64,000 bases of DNA from the IMG/VR virus record IMGVR_UViG_3300029286_003693, positions 1-64,000 of that record; one strand, 5' to 3'. Source of the DNA: a virus. Below, in pieces: positions 34,372-43,816 of this stretch. The notes under the pieces are model-generated. The model was not told the DNA's origin. It saw only the letters and a program-made list of their open reading frames with translations, and did not search any database. The translations under genes and the position numbers were made by a program. Every line of letters starts with the position of its first letter. Positions within the stretch are counted from its first letter, which is position 1.

Positions 34372-36021
34372 TTACGCAAGCAAGTGGATCAGCTTCTCGG
34401 TTATTTCCGCGCTTGCCGTCGCATTCGCCATCGCAATGCTATGTTCCCTGTCGGCAGCAGCCATCCTTCTTACTGCGGATGTCTGGCTGGCCAATTCGCT
34501 CGCCTGAGCGGCATACCGGGCTGCCTCAACAACCTCAAGCTGTGACTTTTTGAGAGCCACCTCATTTGACCCCTGCGTGGTGATATAGACAATTTCCGCT
34601 GCCGACTCGGCAGTCATCGCCGTCTGGATCTCTCCGAGCTGGGGACGGAGAGCATCGACAACAGCCAGTCTCGCCTCTGCTCTTCTAAGCTCCAGAACTG
34701 CTCGATCTCTCTCGATGATGATTTTCTGCCCTTCCAGGGTTAATTCCTTGCCCATGAGCGCGAGTTCTTCGTTAAGCCTGATCACCTTCTCCTCAGCCAG
34801 TTTCACCTTCTCGACAGCAAGGAGTCGGTGATTTTCGAGTTGTGCCGTCATCTCCGCGGCAAGTTCGATGTTGGCCTGCGCCTTGAGAAGCAGGGGGTTG
34901 AAGAGGGTGCTTAGTTCCCCAGTCAGGGTTTCGATCGCGGCGGACTTGCGGGTCATGGGGTCCAGGAGTTCGGTCTGCTTGTTTGTCAGCAGCATGGTCT
35001 TGTCTGCTCTGCGGGTCATGGGCTCCAGCAATTCAGTCTGTTTCGCCGTAAGTTCGGAAGTTTTGTTGGCCTTTCTGGTCATTGGGTCGAGCAGTTCATA
35101 CTCCTTCGCAGTCAGGGTTTCCGTCGCGGCGACCTTCTGGCTCATTGGATCGAGGAGTTCGCGCTGTTTGGTTGTCAACGCGGTCATCGCTGCGGCCTTG
35201 TCAGCCATCGGTGGCAGCAACTCGGCCCGCTTCCCGGTCAGAGCCAGGGTCTTTTCCGCTTTCTCGATCGTGGGGTCCAGCAGTTCGGTCTGTTCCACGG
35301 TGAGGGCCGCCGTGGCCGTGGCCTTGGCCTCCATCAGGGGAAGGATCTCGGCAGTCGTCAGATCCGAGACCTGCTTGTCATAATTCGCCTTCTCTTCCCG
35401 AGCGGGCATGATGATCGATTCTTCTGTGTCGAGTGCGGCACTTTGCGCTGCCAGGGCTGCCAGGATGTAGGGGATCACATCAAGTTTCCGACGAGCCGCC
35501 GCCAGTTTTGCCGTCGCCAACTGCTCTTCCAGCGGGAGAGGAAGAAGCTCGACCTCTTCCTTCTGCCGTTTTATGTCTTCAATCTGAAGCTCGATAGCGA
35601 CCTTGGACACGAGCACGGCTATTTCCCGGAACTCCTGATCGATCATCAGTCCGTCGATTTCTTCTCCCCGGAGCGACCGGATCAACTCCTTGTCGGCAAA
35701 TTCCGTTTGCAGATCCGCAAAGAGCTGCATCTTTTCGAGTTCCCACGCAATCGTAGCCTGTTTCAGGGCGATGTCATTCTCCAGACCAAGGGCCTTCAGC
35801 TCGCGGTCGATCGCATCGCTCATGATCTTCTGGTTGTACTCCGTCAGCTTAATCTTGCTGTCGATCTCGACATCCGTGAAAGCCTCGATTGCAAAACCCG
35901 GCAGTGATGAGAAATTCCGGGAGGCGACGGCGGACAGGATCGCCGCAGTGTTCTTTTTGAATTCCCGGAAGACCTCGCCCTTTCCCTTGTACCAAAGGCT
36001 GTTTTCCGTCGCGGTTCCCAT
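34372..36021 (-). CDS. Coiled-coil virion protein with about 8 x 21-aa Pro-punctuated repeats
   Basis: ELLDPM..KA.....LT.KQT repeats. Confidence 0.7.
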   Translation of the reverse strand: MGTATENSLWYKGKGEVFREFKKNTAAILSAVASRNFSSLPGFAIEAFTDVEIDSKIKLTEYNQKIMSDAIDRELKALGLENDIALKQATIAWELEKMQLFADLQTEFADKELIRSLRGEEIDGLMIDQEFREIAVLVSKVAIELQIEDIKRQKEEVELLPLPLEEQLATAKLAAARRKLDVIPYILAALAAQSAALDTEESIIMPAREEKANYDKQVSDLTTAEILPLMEAKATATAALTVEQTELLDPTIEKAEKTLALTGKRAELLPPMADKAAAMTALTTKQRELLDPMSQKVAATETLTAKEYELLDPMTRKANKTSELTAKQTELLEPMTRRADKTMLLTNKQTELLDPMTRKSAAIETLTGELSTLFNPLLLKAQANIELAAEMTAQLENHRLLAVEKVKLAEEKVIRLNEELALMGKELTLEGQKIIIERDRAVLELRRAEARLAVVDALRPQLGEIQTAMTAESAAEIVYITTQGSNEVALKKSQLEVVEAARYAAQASELASQTSAVRRMAAADREHSIAMANATASAEITEKLIHLLA

Positions 36022-36025
36022 ATTC

Positions 36026-36568
36026 TTACCTCGTCAATACGACTGGGAAGAGTTCCACCTGCCCCAGCTCGTCAAAATCGGCCACCAGGAAAGTCCATTT
36101 ATTCCCTACCAATGTCCGTGGAAATATCACCTTGGAATGCAGAATAGGGATGCTGGCCCCTACTCCGCCGACCTCGCCCCGGACCACCGGCGCTGCCCCC
36201 TCGACATCGAAGAATCCCGCCCGGAAGCGTTTCCGGTTATTCGTCCCGAACATGGACGGGGAAAGAATGACGCCGCTGTGAATCGCCGCCCCGGCGTCCG
36301 TTGTCCCATCCAGGACGTAGATCCCCTCTTCCCGTGCCGCATAAGTCACCCCGTCCTCAACGGCATAGGAATTGAACGCAAAACCGCTGTAAACGGACGG
36401 CTCGAAGGTCTGCCCGTTGAACGCCCACGCCTCCCACACATCGCCGCTGACCGCGCTCAGATCCTCCAGGGACAGAACATCGGGGATCATGGAATGAAGA
36501 ATGCTCTTCAGAATCGCCTCGTCTGCGGGAGTCAAGAAAGAGATCAGGGTTTCGTTGATTACTAACAT
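36026..36568 (-). CDS. Phage tail-associated protein
   Basis: FAFNSY...GIYVLDGTTDAG motif recalled from podoviral tail modules; operon context. Confidence 0.6.
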   Translation of the reverse strand: MLVINETLISFLTPADEAILKSILHSMIPDVLSLEDLSAVSGDVWEAWAFNGQTFEPSVYSGFAFNSYAVEDGVTYAAREEGIYVLDGTTDAGAAIHSGVILSPSMFGTNNRKRFRAGFFDVEGAAPVVRGEVGGVGASIPILHSKVIFPRTLVGNKWTFLVADFDELGQVELFPVVLTR

Positions 36569-36575
36569 GCGTCAC

Positions 36576-37814
36576 CTATCCTATGATGTCTGCGATATCG
36601 CAGCCGCTTTCGACCAGTACGTTGAACGCCCATCGCGTCAGCTCCACATCACCAAGGTCGAGCCCTTCCTGGATGATGATCCCCTGGATGTACGAGTCGA
36701 TATCCCTGAAGGTCAGGGACTCGCTGGCGAGCCCTATGAAAGTCCCCACCGGGACCGCCGTAGCGCTGGCGTTGAATGTCTCAAGAGCCGTATTGTTGAG
36801 TGACAGGAATGTTACCGCACCGTCCACCAGCTCCACCGTGTCGTCTGCGAGACAAAGGTAATAGCGCTCGGATTCTGAAATATCGCCTGCATTGAAAGAG
36901 TCCTCGGAGGAGCAATACCGGGAGACCCCGCTCGCCTGTGCCTCTTGGAGTATCAAGAACTCATGGATAAGGTGCCCCAGGAACTCCGAAACGGCATCGT
37001 TGAAATCGAAAGTGTCTGTAGCCGTAAGCAGGAAAAATCGCTCATGCCCCGCTGAATCAAAGACGAACATCTTTTCGGCAATGACATGCAGGACTATGAT
37101 CCAAGGCGCCGGCGTGTCTTCAAGGAAGAGATAGTCATCGGCAATCTTCCCGATGATTTCTTCGATGGTATCGGTATTGACCAGGGAGTCGGCAATCAGG
37201 TGGTCCCATCCTTGTAGAATACCGTCCCACACAAAGATCTCCTCGCGGCAGGTAGAAGTGAAAAGGTATTCCTGGGCAACATCATGTCGCATGTTCACAA
37301 GGTCGGAAACTGAAAGATAAAGTCGCAGATAAACCGGCAGGTATGGCTGCGGTTCCGCCATCTCGATGTTGAAGGACTCAAAGAGCTGCTCCCAGTAATA
37401 CGGGACTGCGTTCGCGTAAGTGGAGTGAATCTGAAGCTCGCTGGAGACCTCTTCCTGGAACGAGTCGCTGCCGCTCATGACAACATCCAAATGCATGTGA
37501 GCGACACTGATCGGCGCGACAGGCTTCGTGTAAACGATATTCAGAACCGATTGTTTTACCCGAGTTTGAGATCCGCCGAGAAGGTCAAAGAAGGCAATGT
37601 TATCAGCAGCAAACGCTTGGTGATAAGGCGTGAAGGCTTCGGCCATACCGAGAGTCTCCTCGATCTGGTCGTTCCAGACGACATACGCCTCGTGGCCCAG
37701 GTCGAAAGACTCCTCAACCAGGTCATCGAAAATCAAACCAGCGACATTCACGTTGCCCTGCTGATATTCGGTGAACCAGAGGTATTCTTCAATTTCCAAG
37801 TATGCGTTTGCCAT
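36576..37814 (-). CDS. Acidic virion structural protein
   Basis: Strongly D/E-rich with few Lys; tail module context. Confidence 0.6.
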   Translation of the reverse strand: MANAYLEIEEYLWFTEYQQGNVNVAGLIFDDLVEESFDLGHEAYVVWNDQIEETLGMAEAFTPYHQAFAADNIAFFDLLGGSQTRVKQSVLNIVYTKPVAPISVAHMHLDVVMSGSDSFQEEVSSELQIHSTYANAVPYYWEQLFESFNIEMAEPQPYLPVYLRLYLSVSDLVNMRHDVAQEYLFTSTCREEIFVWDGILQGWDHLIADSLVNTDTIEEIIGKIADDYLFLEDTPAPWIIVLHVIAEKMFVFDSAGHERFFLLTATDTFDFNDAVSEFLGHLIHEFLILQEAQASGVSRYCSSEDSFNAGDISESERYYLCLADDTVELVDGAVTFLSLNNTALETFNASATAVPVGTFIGLASESLTFRDIDSYIQGIIIQEGLDLGDVELTRWAFNVLVESGCDIADIIG

Positions 37815-39001
37815 TATGTGTCCACGACCTCATCCGCGAAACCGGCCTCTTCCAAAATCACGCCGGTCCAGACAGGCTCTCTCAGCATGAAGCCGAACTG
37901 AGACCCTTCCAGCAGCAACTTGGTCCAGTCCACGGTAAGAACGGGGACCAAGTTGTAATAGACATCAAGAAATTGGTATGTCCACCCGGTGAGCCTCTTT
38001 GCCAGAGAGTTTGTGACAACGATCTCATTCCCCGATGACTTATATAGCGGTATCAAGGTATTAGGCGGGGGATTCCCCGGAGAAGCGACGCTTCGCACTG
38101 CGGTCCGGTGATTGATTGCGACTATCGTGGCTTCCGCAGACAATTCCGCTACCCCGGGAAACCACATTGTTTCTTGAGCCAGGTCTTGAGCGCACAGGAT
38201 AAATTCCGCCTCAATCGCCGGGTCGAACACCGGGTCGTCAATCAGTCCCGTCCGTACTGTATTATCGGGAGCAGGAAGACCATTGATGTAGGGTTCCCAG
38301 TCTACCCGGTCGCCATCGCCCAGGGGGTATATCGTTTTAACAAGGAAGTCCCCCAGAAAATCATTGTGGTAGCCACCCTCGTCGTCGCAGATATAAAGGG
38401 AGTCCAGCCTCATCGTATGGTTAAATTGGACCCTGTTTATTTTTGCCCGTGGGTCGAAAGGGTTGCTTCCGAAACCGGTATATGCTGCGGTCGCGATCCC
38501 TGTTACATCATGGACCACCTTCCCGTTGACACCGCACTTTACTCGTCCATTCATGAAATCCGCGACATCGACCAGGATCTCTACAAAGGTGAATGCGTTT
38601 GTCTGCACGAAAGGGACCGACACATAAGCTGAACTCGGGATCGCCGGGTATCCGGTCCCACTGCCCGTCCAGAAATTGAAAGTCAATCCGCTGGCTGATA
38701 ACGCTACCTGAACGCGGAAATTCTCATAATCCCCATAACAAAATTGAATATAAAAGTTGGGATTCCCGAAGTAGTCTGCCTTCCGTGTAAAGGCGAAACC
38801 AACAACAATCCGACTGCACAATCTTGGAAGAGTAAAATATGATGGACCGACATTATAAGTGAGGGTAACATTGAGATCCAGAAGGCTACTCCCTCCCCGT
38901 CCTACCCCGCCAAGAATCTGCCTATTGGTGTCACCCCCCCAGCCAAGGGCCACCAAAGATGCTGCCGTTATGTGGTCAAACGACTCACAGTATTTCAACA
39001 T
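37814..39001 (-). CDS. Virion structural protein, paralogous to the N-half of 39004-41130
   Basis: MLKYCESFDH start and LDSLYICDDEGGYHNDFLGD. Confidence 0.65.
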   Translation of the reverse strand: MLKYCESFDHITAASLVALGWGGDTNRQILGGVGRGGSSLLDLNVTLTYNVGPSYFTLPRLCSRIVVGFAFTRKADYFGNPNFYIQFCYGDYENFRVQVALSASGLTFNFWTGSGTGYPAIPSSAYVSVPFVQTNAFTFVEILVDVADFMNGRVKCGVNGKVVHDVTGIATAAYTGFGSNPFDPRAKINRVQFNHTMRLDSLYICDDEGGYHNDFLGDFLVKTIYPLGDGDRVDWEPYINGLPAPDNTVRTGLIDDPVFDPAIEAEFILCAQDLAQETMWFPGVAELSAEATIVAINHRTAVRSVASPGNPPPNTLIPLYKSSGNEIVVTNSLAKRLTGWTYQFLDVYYNLVPVLTVDWTKLLLEGSQFGFMLREPVWTGVILEEAGFADEVVDT

Positions 39002-39003
39002 AA

Positions 39004-41130
39004 CTAAGCTCCCCAGGGGTTATCGCCGGTGTGGTTCCCGTCAGTTCCAGCCTGCTCAATCGGTGCTTCCTGCCAGCTATTCACAACCATCCCGAACATG
39101 GTTTCGTACCGCCAATGCTGGGTAAGAATGCTGTCTGCGATCGTGGGGCCGTCCATAAACAATTCCACCCAGAACCCATAGCCAGTCTCTTCCAGGCCAA
39201 ATCCATCTGCGATGTCAAGGCCAATGCCGTTCATGGCTTCATCGGCAGAGCCAAGATATTCTTCCAGTAGCTCGTGATTATCCCACGGCTCGTCTGCGTC
39301 GATGGAGAGTTCCTCCTCAATCAGTTCATGGCCGTCCCAGAGATAAGGTTCTTCAAGGCCGAACATCTCTTCCAGGGTTTCAATAATAGAAATGGCCGTC
39401 TCGTCTGTTACCTCAATGGCATCCGTAAAGACTTCTTCCCAGAACCCGTCCGCCCAGTCATAGACGTCAATGGCCTCGTCAATCGTGTCGAGGAACTGTA
39501 CAGACACGGTCTCATCGAACCCGATGAACTCCCCGGCGAAGAGATATGTCCAGGGGATCACGTCCTCAAATTCAATGGTCTCATTCAGGAAACGATTTCC
39601 ACCACGGTTCCCCTCAGTAAATGACTCAAGCACGAGGGAGTCGTAGATTGCCCATACAAACTCGTAGCCGGTGTCATCACCGGCAGCAAAAGTCTCATCA
39701 ACAAACTCCTCAAAATACCTGTGCATCAATTCCGAAAGATCAATTTCTTCGGCAACCGTATCGTAAATGATCAAATTCACACGAGCGATGGCTGGGTCGT
39801 ATGTCTCGGGCGCTATTGCTACCGGTGTCAATTCAAGACCCCACTCGGAGGCATCAACCGCAGTCGGAGCCCACCGAAGGTACGGTGATCCGGGATCTAC
39901 CGTCTCTTCGTTTTCCCAAATGAAGTGACGGCTTTCAAATTCCGTCTTCATAATCAGAGGCGCGTCCATCGGCTTACTTTCGACCAGTTCTTCAGTCCCG
40001 AATCTCCTTACAGCCTTGAGGGTGTTCGGGGTGTCCCGATATCGAGGTTTCAATAGCGTATGAAGGATGGCCCCGTAGACCTTGGAGGTAGATCCTTGGG
40101 CGCCAAGAGAAGTGAAGCGCATCAACTGCCGATCTCCGCTCTCTTCCAATTCGAGGTAGTCATTGGCAAATGTTTCCCACGGTATGAAGAGCGGGGTCGT
40201 TTCATGGCTGGGAATCGGAACAGGGAGACTGTTGACGGTATCAATGTAGTCCTCGTCTACCGTTCGGAATCTATAAGTATCTCCGTAAGGAACGCTGTTG
40301 TTTTCTGTTCCGTCGCCAGAAACCGATGCACGCCGGACACTGACGTTCCCCAAGAAGGTGTTGTTAAACTCACCCTCGTCATTGCAGATATAGACATCAT
40401 CCAGACCAATCACGGCTCCGGTGTATATGGAATAATAGCTCGGCACTCCTGGTACGATCTTCACAGCATTCATAAGAAATGACGAATTCGACCCCGATTC
40501 ATCCGCCGTCATAATGTTGCTGAACACAAGGTTGTCGCCCCGGCTTCCCAGTCGGACCTCCGCCCATGCCTGCGGCTGCGCGACAACATTCCCCGTGAGC
40601 GTCATCCCGGCCTGGATATAACGCCAATCGCCGTTCAGAAGGTTTGCGCTTGTATTGATGCGGCCCGTCTTTATCGTCGTGTTGGTCCCCACGAAAGACC
40701 ATGTAACATCAATATACGATGCAGAAATGGCGAGGGTGCAGGTGGCGACAATCGTACCCGGAGTGGTAAAATCTCCGATTTCGTTCTGGTTGGCAAAAGC
40801 GGGCACCTTGTCGTAAGGGCACCCCTTCACAAAGGTTAGCGTGATTGTGACAGGTCCCGAAAGTGAGGCCCTGCGGAACGCGAAACCCGTAAAGACCGTC
40901 CTGGACGGCTTTATAGGGGTCAAAAGTGAATACTTCGTCCCCTGTATCGCCCTGCCACCCGCTCTCCTTGCGTATGGCTTGGCCGGAGAAAATGTCGTGT
41001 CGTCCCCGTGTACGATTGCCGCCCGGATTATACCTGACGATGTCCCAGGCCCGTACCAGGAGCAATATCCCCATTTTCGCCAGAGGTCGTAAGGGCTGAA
41101 TGTTTCAAACCCATCTGCAAATAACAGCAT
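39004..41130 (-). CDS. Virion structural protein with acidic C-terminal region
   Basis: MLLFADGFET start, LDDVYICNDEGEFNNTFLGN, acidic tail. Confidence 0.65.
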   Translation of the reverse strand: MLLFADGFETFSPYDLWRKWGYCSWYGPGTSSGIIRAAIVHGDDTTFSPAKPYARRAGGRAIQGTKYSLLTPIKPSRTVFTGFAFRRASLSGPVTITLTFVKGCPYDKVPAFANQNEIGDFTTPGTIVATCTLAISASYIDVTWSFVGTNTTIKTGRINTSANLLNGDWRYIQAGMTLTGNVVAQPQAWAEVRLGSRGDNLVFSNIMTADESGSNSSFLMNAVKIVPGVPSYYSIYTGAVIGLDDVYICNDEGEFNNTFLGNVSVRRASVSGDGTENNSVPYGDTYRFRTVDEDYIDTVNSLPVPIPSHETTPLFIPWETFANDYLELEESGDRQLMRFTSLGAQGSTSKVYGAILHTLLKPRYRDTPNTLKAVRRFGTEELVESKPMDAPLIMKTEFESRHFIWENEETVDPGSPYLRWAPTAVDASEWGLELTPVAIAPETYDPAIARVNLIIYDTVAEEIDLSELMHRYFEEFVDETFAAGDDTGYEFVWAIYDSLVLESFTEGNRGGNRFLNETIEFEDVIPWTYLFAGEFIGFDETVSVQFLDTIDEAIDVYDWADGFWEEVFTDAIEVTDETAISIIETLEEMFGLEEPYLWDGHELIEEELSIDADEPWDNHELLEEYLGSADEAMNGIGLDIADGFGLEETGYGFWVELFMDGPTIADSILTQHWRYETMFGMVVNSWQEAPIEQAGTDGNHTGDNPWGA

Positions 41131-43586
41131 TACACGATCCTCGCTTCAAGGTTGAACACTGAGAAGTCCTTCAGGCCGAGACCAAGACCGGTATAATGAC
41201 GAGCGATGAGCTTCTGGATCTCGTATTCAAGGAGACCATTCCGGGTCTGTTTGCTCGGGTTACACTGCCCAAAGTTCGTCTTCAGGGTCGAATACAAGTC
41301 ACAGGCCGCCATGATCTCCACTTCGTTTCGGTTCGACCGGAGGGCGGAAGGCGGATTGTATCCGACCTCTCCTGGATACTGAGACCGGAGATAGACACGA
41401 TCCGAGACCGCGGCCTTTTTCTGTTCCGGCGCCATGGCGTCATAATCGACTCCGCCCACGTATTTGATCGATGCCGGGTCAAGGTGGTCATAGATCCCCT
41501 TGTTTGCTTCCTGCCTCACAGAGGTCAATGCAGGGTTCTCAAACATAGTCACGGCCTGCCTCTGCACGATGTAAATCTGGCTGATGACGCGCCGGGTGTG
41601 CTTTGTCTGCCTGGTAAAGTGAGTGTTTACGGGGAGGTCTCTTCTTGCCGTTATATTGCCTGGGCTGAAACTGAGCCCGCTCATGTACCAAATCGCTGCT
41701 TCCCATCCCGGAGCCGCATGCCACATGCTGCCGATCGGCGTGTCAATGAAGGTGGCTCTAATCCTCCACTGCTCGGCGTTGCTCTTGAACCACCAGGTCC
41801 TGTCCACGCCCCATGTTGCGCACGAGTATTGGAAGCTGTTCATCCAGTTGTCGTACCTGTGCCAAACGTCGATGTGCTCTAAGCGGGAGTTCATCGCCGT
41901 AATGAATGTCGGCTCCGTGGGAGAGAGGGGAATTGGATTTTGCAATAACCGAAACGATCCAATGCCCGCCGTCTTCAGCGCCGGGTGGGTTGTCCGGTGA
42001 AAGCCGCCGTCGTTGATCCGTTTCAAGGTGCCGTAACTGAAGATGTTGTTGTCGCCCGCTTGTGTGATGTCAGAGGCAACCATAAGGGATATGTCGCTCA
42101 TGGATAGCGCCCCCACCAGGGCTTGCCCCCCTACTCCAAACCAGGAGGTCCCGGCCAGGCGTTCTGCCGCTGTATTCCCAATGGGAATAACCGGAGGAAG
42201 ATTGGTAAGCCGCACGAATTTCCACATCGCATCGCAGGCGTCTACAACGAGCCCGCCATAGACGTTCTTCGCGCACACCCATATTTCATCTTCTCCGTAG
42301 GCGTTCTGCATGTGATAGGAACTTCCCTTCAGTGGGTTCCCGTCCTTGTCGTTAGCGATCTCCCAAGGGGTAAAGGCACTCGTCCCGAGGATGGTGTCCA
42401 CCTCCGTCTGCGCGGCATCACGTATGCTCTTATAGGCCCGGTATTTGACGATTACCTGGCCTGCTGAAAGCGCGACGAATTCGGCCTGAAGGGCGGGGTA
42501 TGTCAGGGGGATCATCACAGACAGCTCTTCCCACCTGGAAATCTTAGTAGAGTCAAGAGTCCCGATCAGATCATTCATCTGGCCGATCTTCGTTTGGAGT
42601 TCTTGCAGCCGGGCCTGGGTCTTGGGAGGCATTTCTTGTGTCTCGCCGGATCCCTTCACGTCAAAGCTGCGGGTGTCGTCGTTGAAGGCCAGGGGGCTTG
42701 CGGCCTTCCACTTCAGGATGTTTTCCTTCCCGGCGTTGAACTTCTCCATCGTCTTCGCAAAGGTTCCATCGCTCGCACCGGCGCTGTCGGTGAAAAGGGC
42801 CAGCGATGTATTCGCCAGCAAGTTGAAGATGGGGTTCGCATAGATGTCATAAGAGGTCCACCACGCGCTCGGCTGCGCTCCGTCCCGGATCTTGTTGCCC
42901 TGGAAATCAGAGAGCCAGTCCGGCGTAAACCCCGCCTCCTGGCTCTGGTCATCGCCCTGCGAGCCAAGCGTGAAGAGTTCTTCGTCCGCGAATTTGTAGT
43001 AATCGAGGGCCGGTTTGAAGTCTTCTATGGACACAGGGAAGACGTAGGGCACACCTGATATAGGATTATAGACGGTGGCCGCGGTTCCCTTCGCCGTGTC
43101 CCAGACGGTGCAGTATTCACACGGATGATCATTCACTTCATTGATTTGGTACAGCCCCCCCTCAAGCCATCTGCCGAATGGTGGAGCCAGAGGCACCAGG
43201 GCGGCAACCCCAATCCGGATGAAGAGGTAGTTGTAGGCGCACGGGAGAGCGCCGTCGCGGTGAGCGATGACGTACACCTTCTCGTACTCCTCGCCTTTGC
43301 CCGGAGTCGTCCCGATCTTCGCCATTAGGATCACCTTGTCGCCCACGCCGAACCCCTTGGCCCCATCGACGATTGCCCCATTGGCACGATCAATGCCGGT
43401 CTTCTGGCAGTGATAACGGACAGGCGCGTTGTAGAAGATCTTCTTGTTCTCGTACTCCACGTCCGCCGTATCCCACTTCGCCGCGACAACCCCGGCGGTT
43501 TCAAGATAGACGGCTTTGATCACCCCTTCGAGGTAAACGTAGCTTTGGAGATCGCCGAGGTTTATGTGGTTGAATAGACCCATCAT
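41130..43586 (-). CDS. Phage virion/tail protein (818 aa), function unknown
   Basis: Long ORF coupled to its neighbours; AAGGA RBS. Confidence 0.6.
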   Translation of the reverse strand: MMGLFNHINLGDLQSYVYLEGVIKAVYLETAGVVAAKWDTADVEYENKKIFYNAPVRYHCQKTGIDRANGAIVDGAKGFGVGDKVILMAKIGTTPGKGEEYEKVYVIAHRDGALPCAYNYLFIRIGVAALVPLAPPFGRWLEGGLYQINEVNDHPCEYCTVWDTAKGTAATVYNPISGVPYVFPVSIEDFKPALDYYKFADEELFTLGSQGDDQSQEAGFTPDWLSDFQGNKIRDGAQPSAWWTSYDIYANPIFNLLANTSLALFTDSAGASDGTFAKTMEKFNAGKENILKWKAASPLAFNDDTRSFDVKGSGETQEMPPKTQARLQELQTKIGQMNDLIGTLDSTKISRWEELSVMIPLTYPALQAEFVALSAGQVIVKYRAYKSIRDAAQTEVDTILGTSAFTPWEIANDKDGNPLKGSSYHMQNAYGEDEIWVCAKNVYGGLVVDACDAMWKFVRLTNLPPVIPIGNTAAERLAGTSWFGVGGQALVGALSMSDISLMVASDITQAGDNNIFSYGTLKRINDGGFHRTTHPALKTAGIGSFRLLQNPIPLSPTEPTFITAMNSRLEHIDVWHRYDNWMNSFQYSCATWGVDRTWWFKSNAEQWRIRATFIDTPIGSMWHAAPGWEAAIWYMSGLSFSPGNITARRDLPVNTHFTRQTKHTRRVISQIYIVQRQAVTMFENPALTSVRQEANKGIYDHLDPASIKYVGGVDYDAMAPEQKKAAVSDRVYLRSQYPGEVGYNPPSALRSNRNEVEIMAACDLYSTLKTNFGQCNPSKQTRNGLLEYEIQKLIARHYTGLGLGLKDFSVFNLEARIV

Positions 43587-43599
43587 ATTTCCTTAAATA

Positions 43600-43806
43600 T
43601 TAAGCCACCCACGCCGCCGCGCCACCGGGAGCACCGCCCACTTCCCCGCCCTTGTCAAACAGATCCAGTGGTTCGGCAGGATAATAGTTGATAAGATCCC
43701 ATGCCCAGTCACGAATGACGAGCGTTGAATAATCACTAAAAAGCCCAAATAGTCCTTCCCAGCTTGTTTCCGGGAGTGTTGTATGCTGAACAACGGCGAA
43801 AGCCAT
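43600..43806 (-). CDS. Small hypothetical protein
   Basis: GAGGA RBS; fills the gap between neighbouring genes. Confidence 0.5.
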   Translation of the reverse strand: MAFAVVQHTTLPETSWEGLFGLFSDYSTLVIRDWAWDLINYYPAEPLDLFDKGGEVGGAPGGAAAWVA

Positions 43807-43816
43807 ATCTTCCTCG

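Noticed and set aside
33245-35350. 63-bp periodicity as a possible CRISPR array
   Set aside because: In-frame degenerate coding repeats with no constant-repeat/unique-spacer structure.
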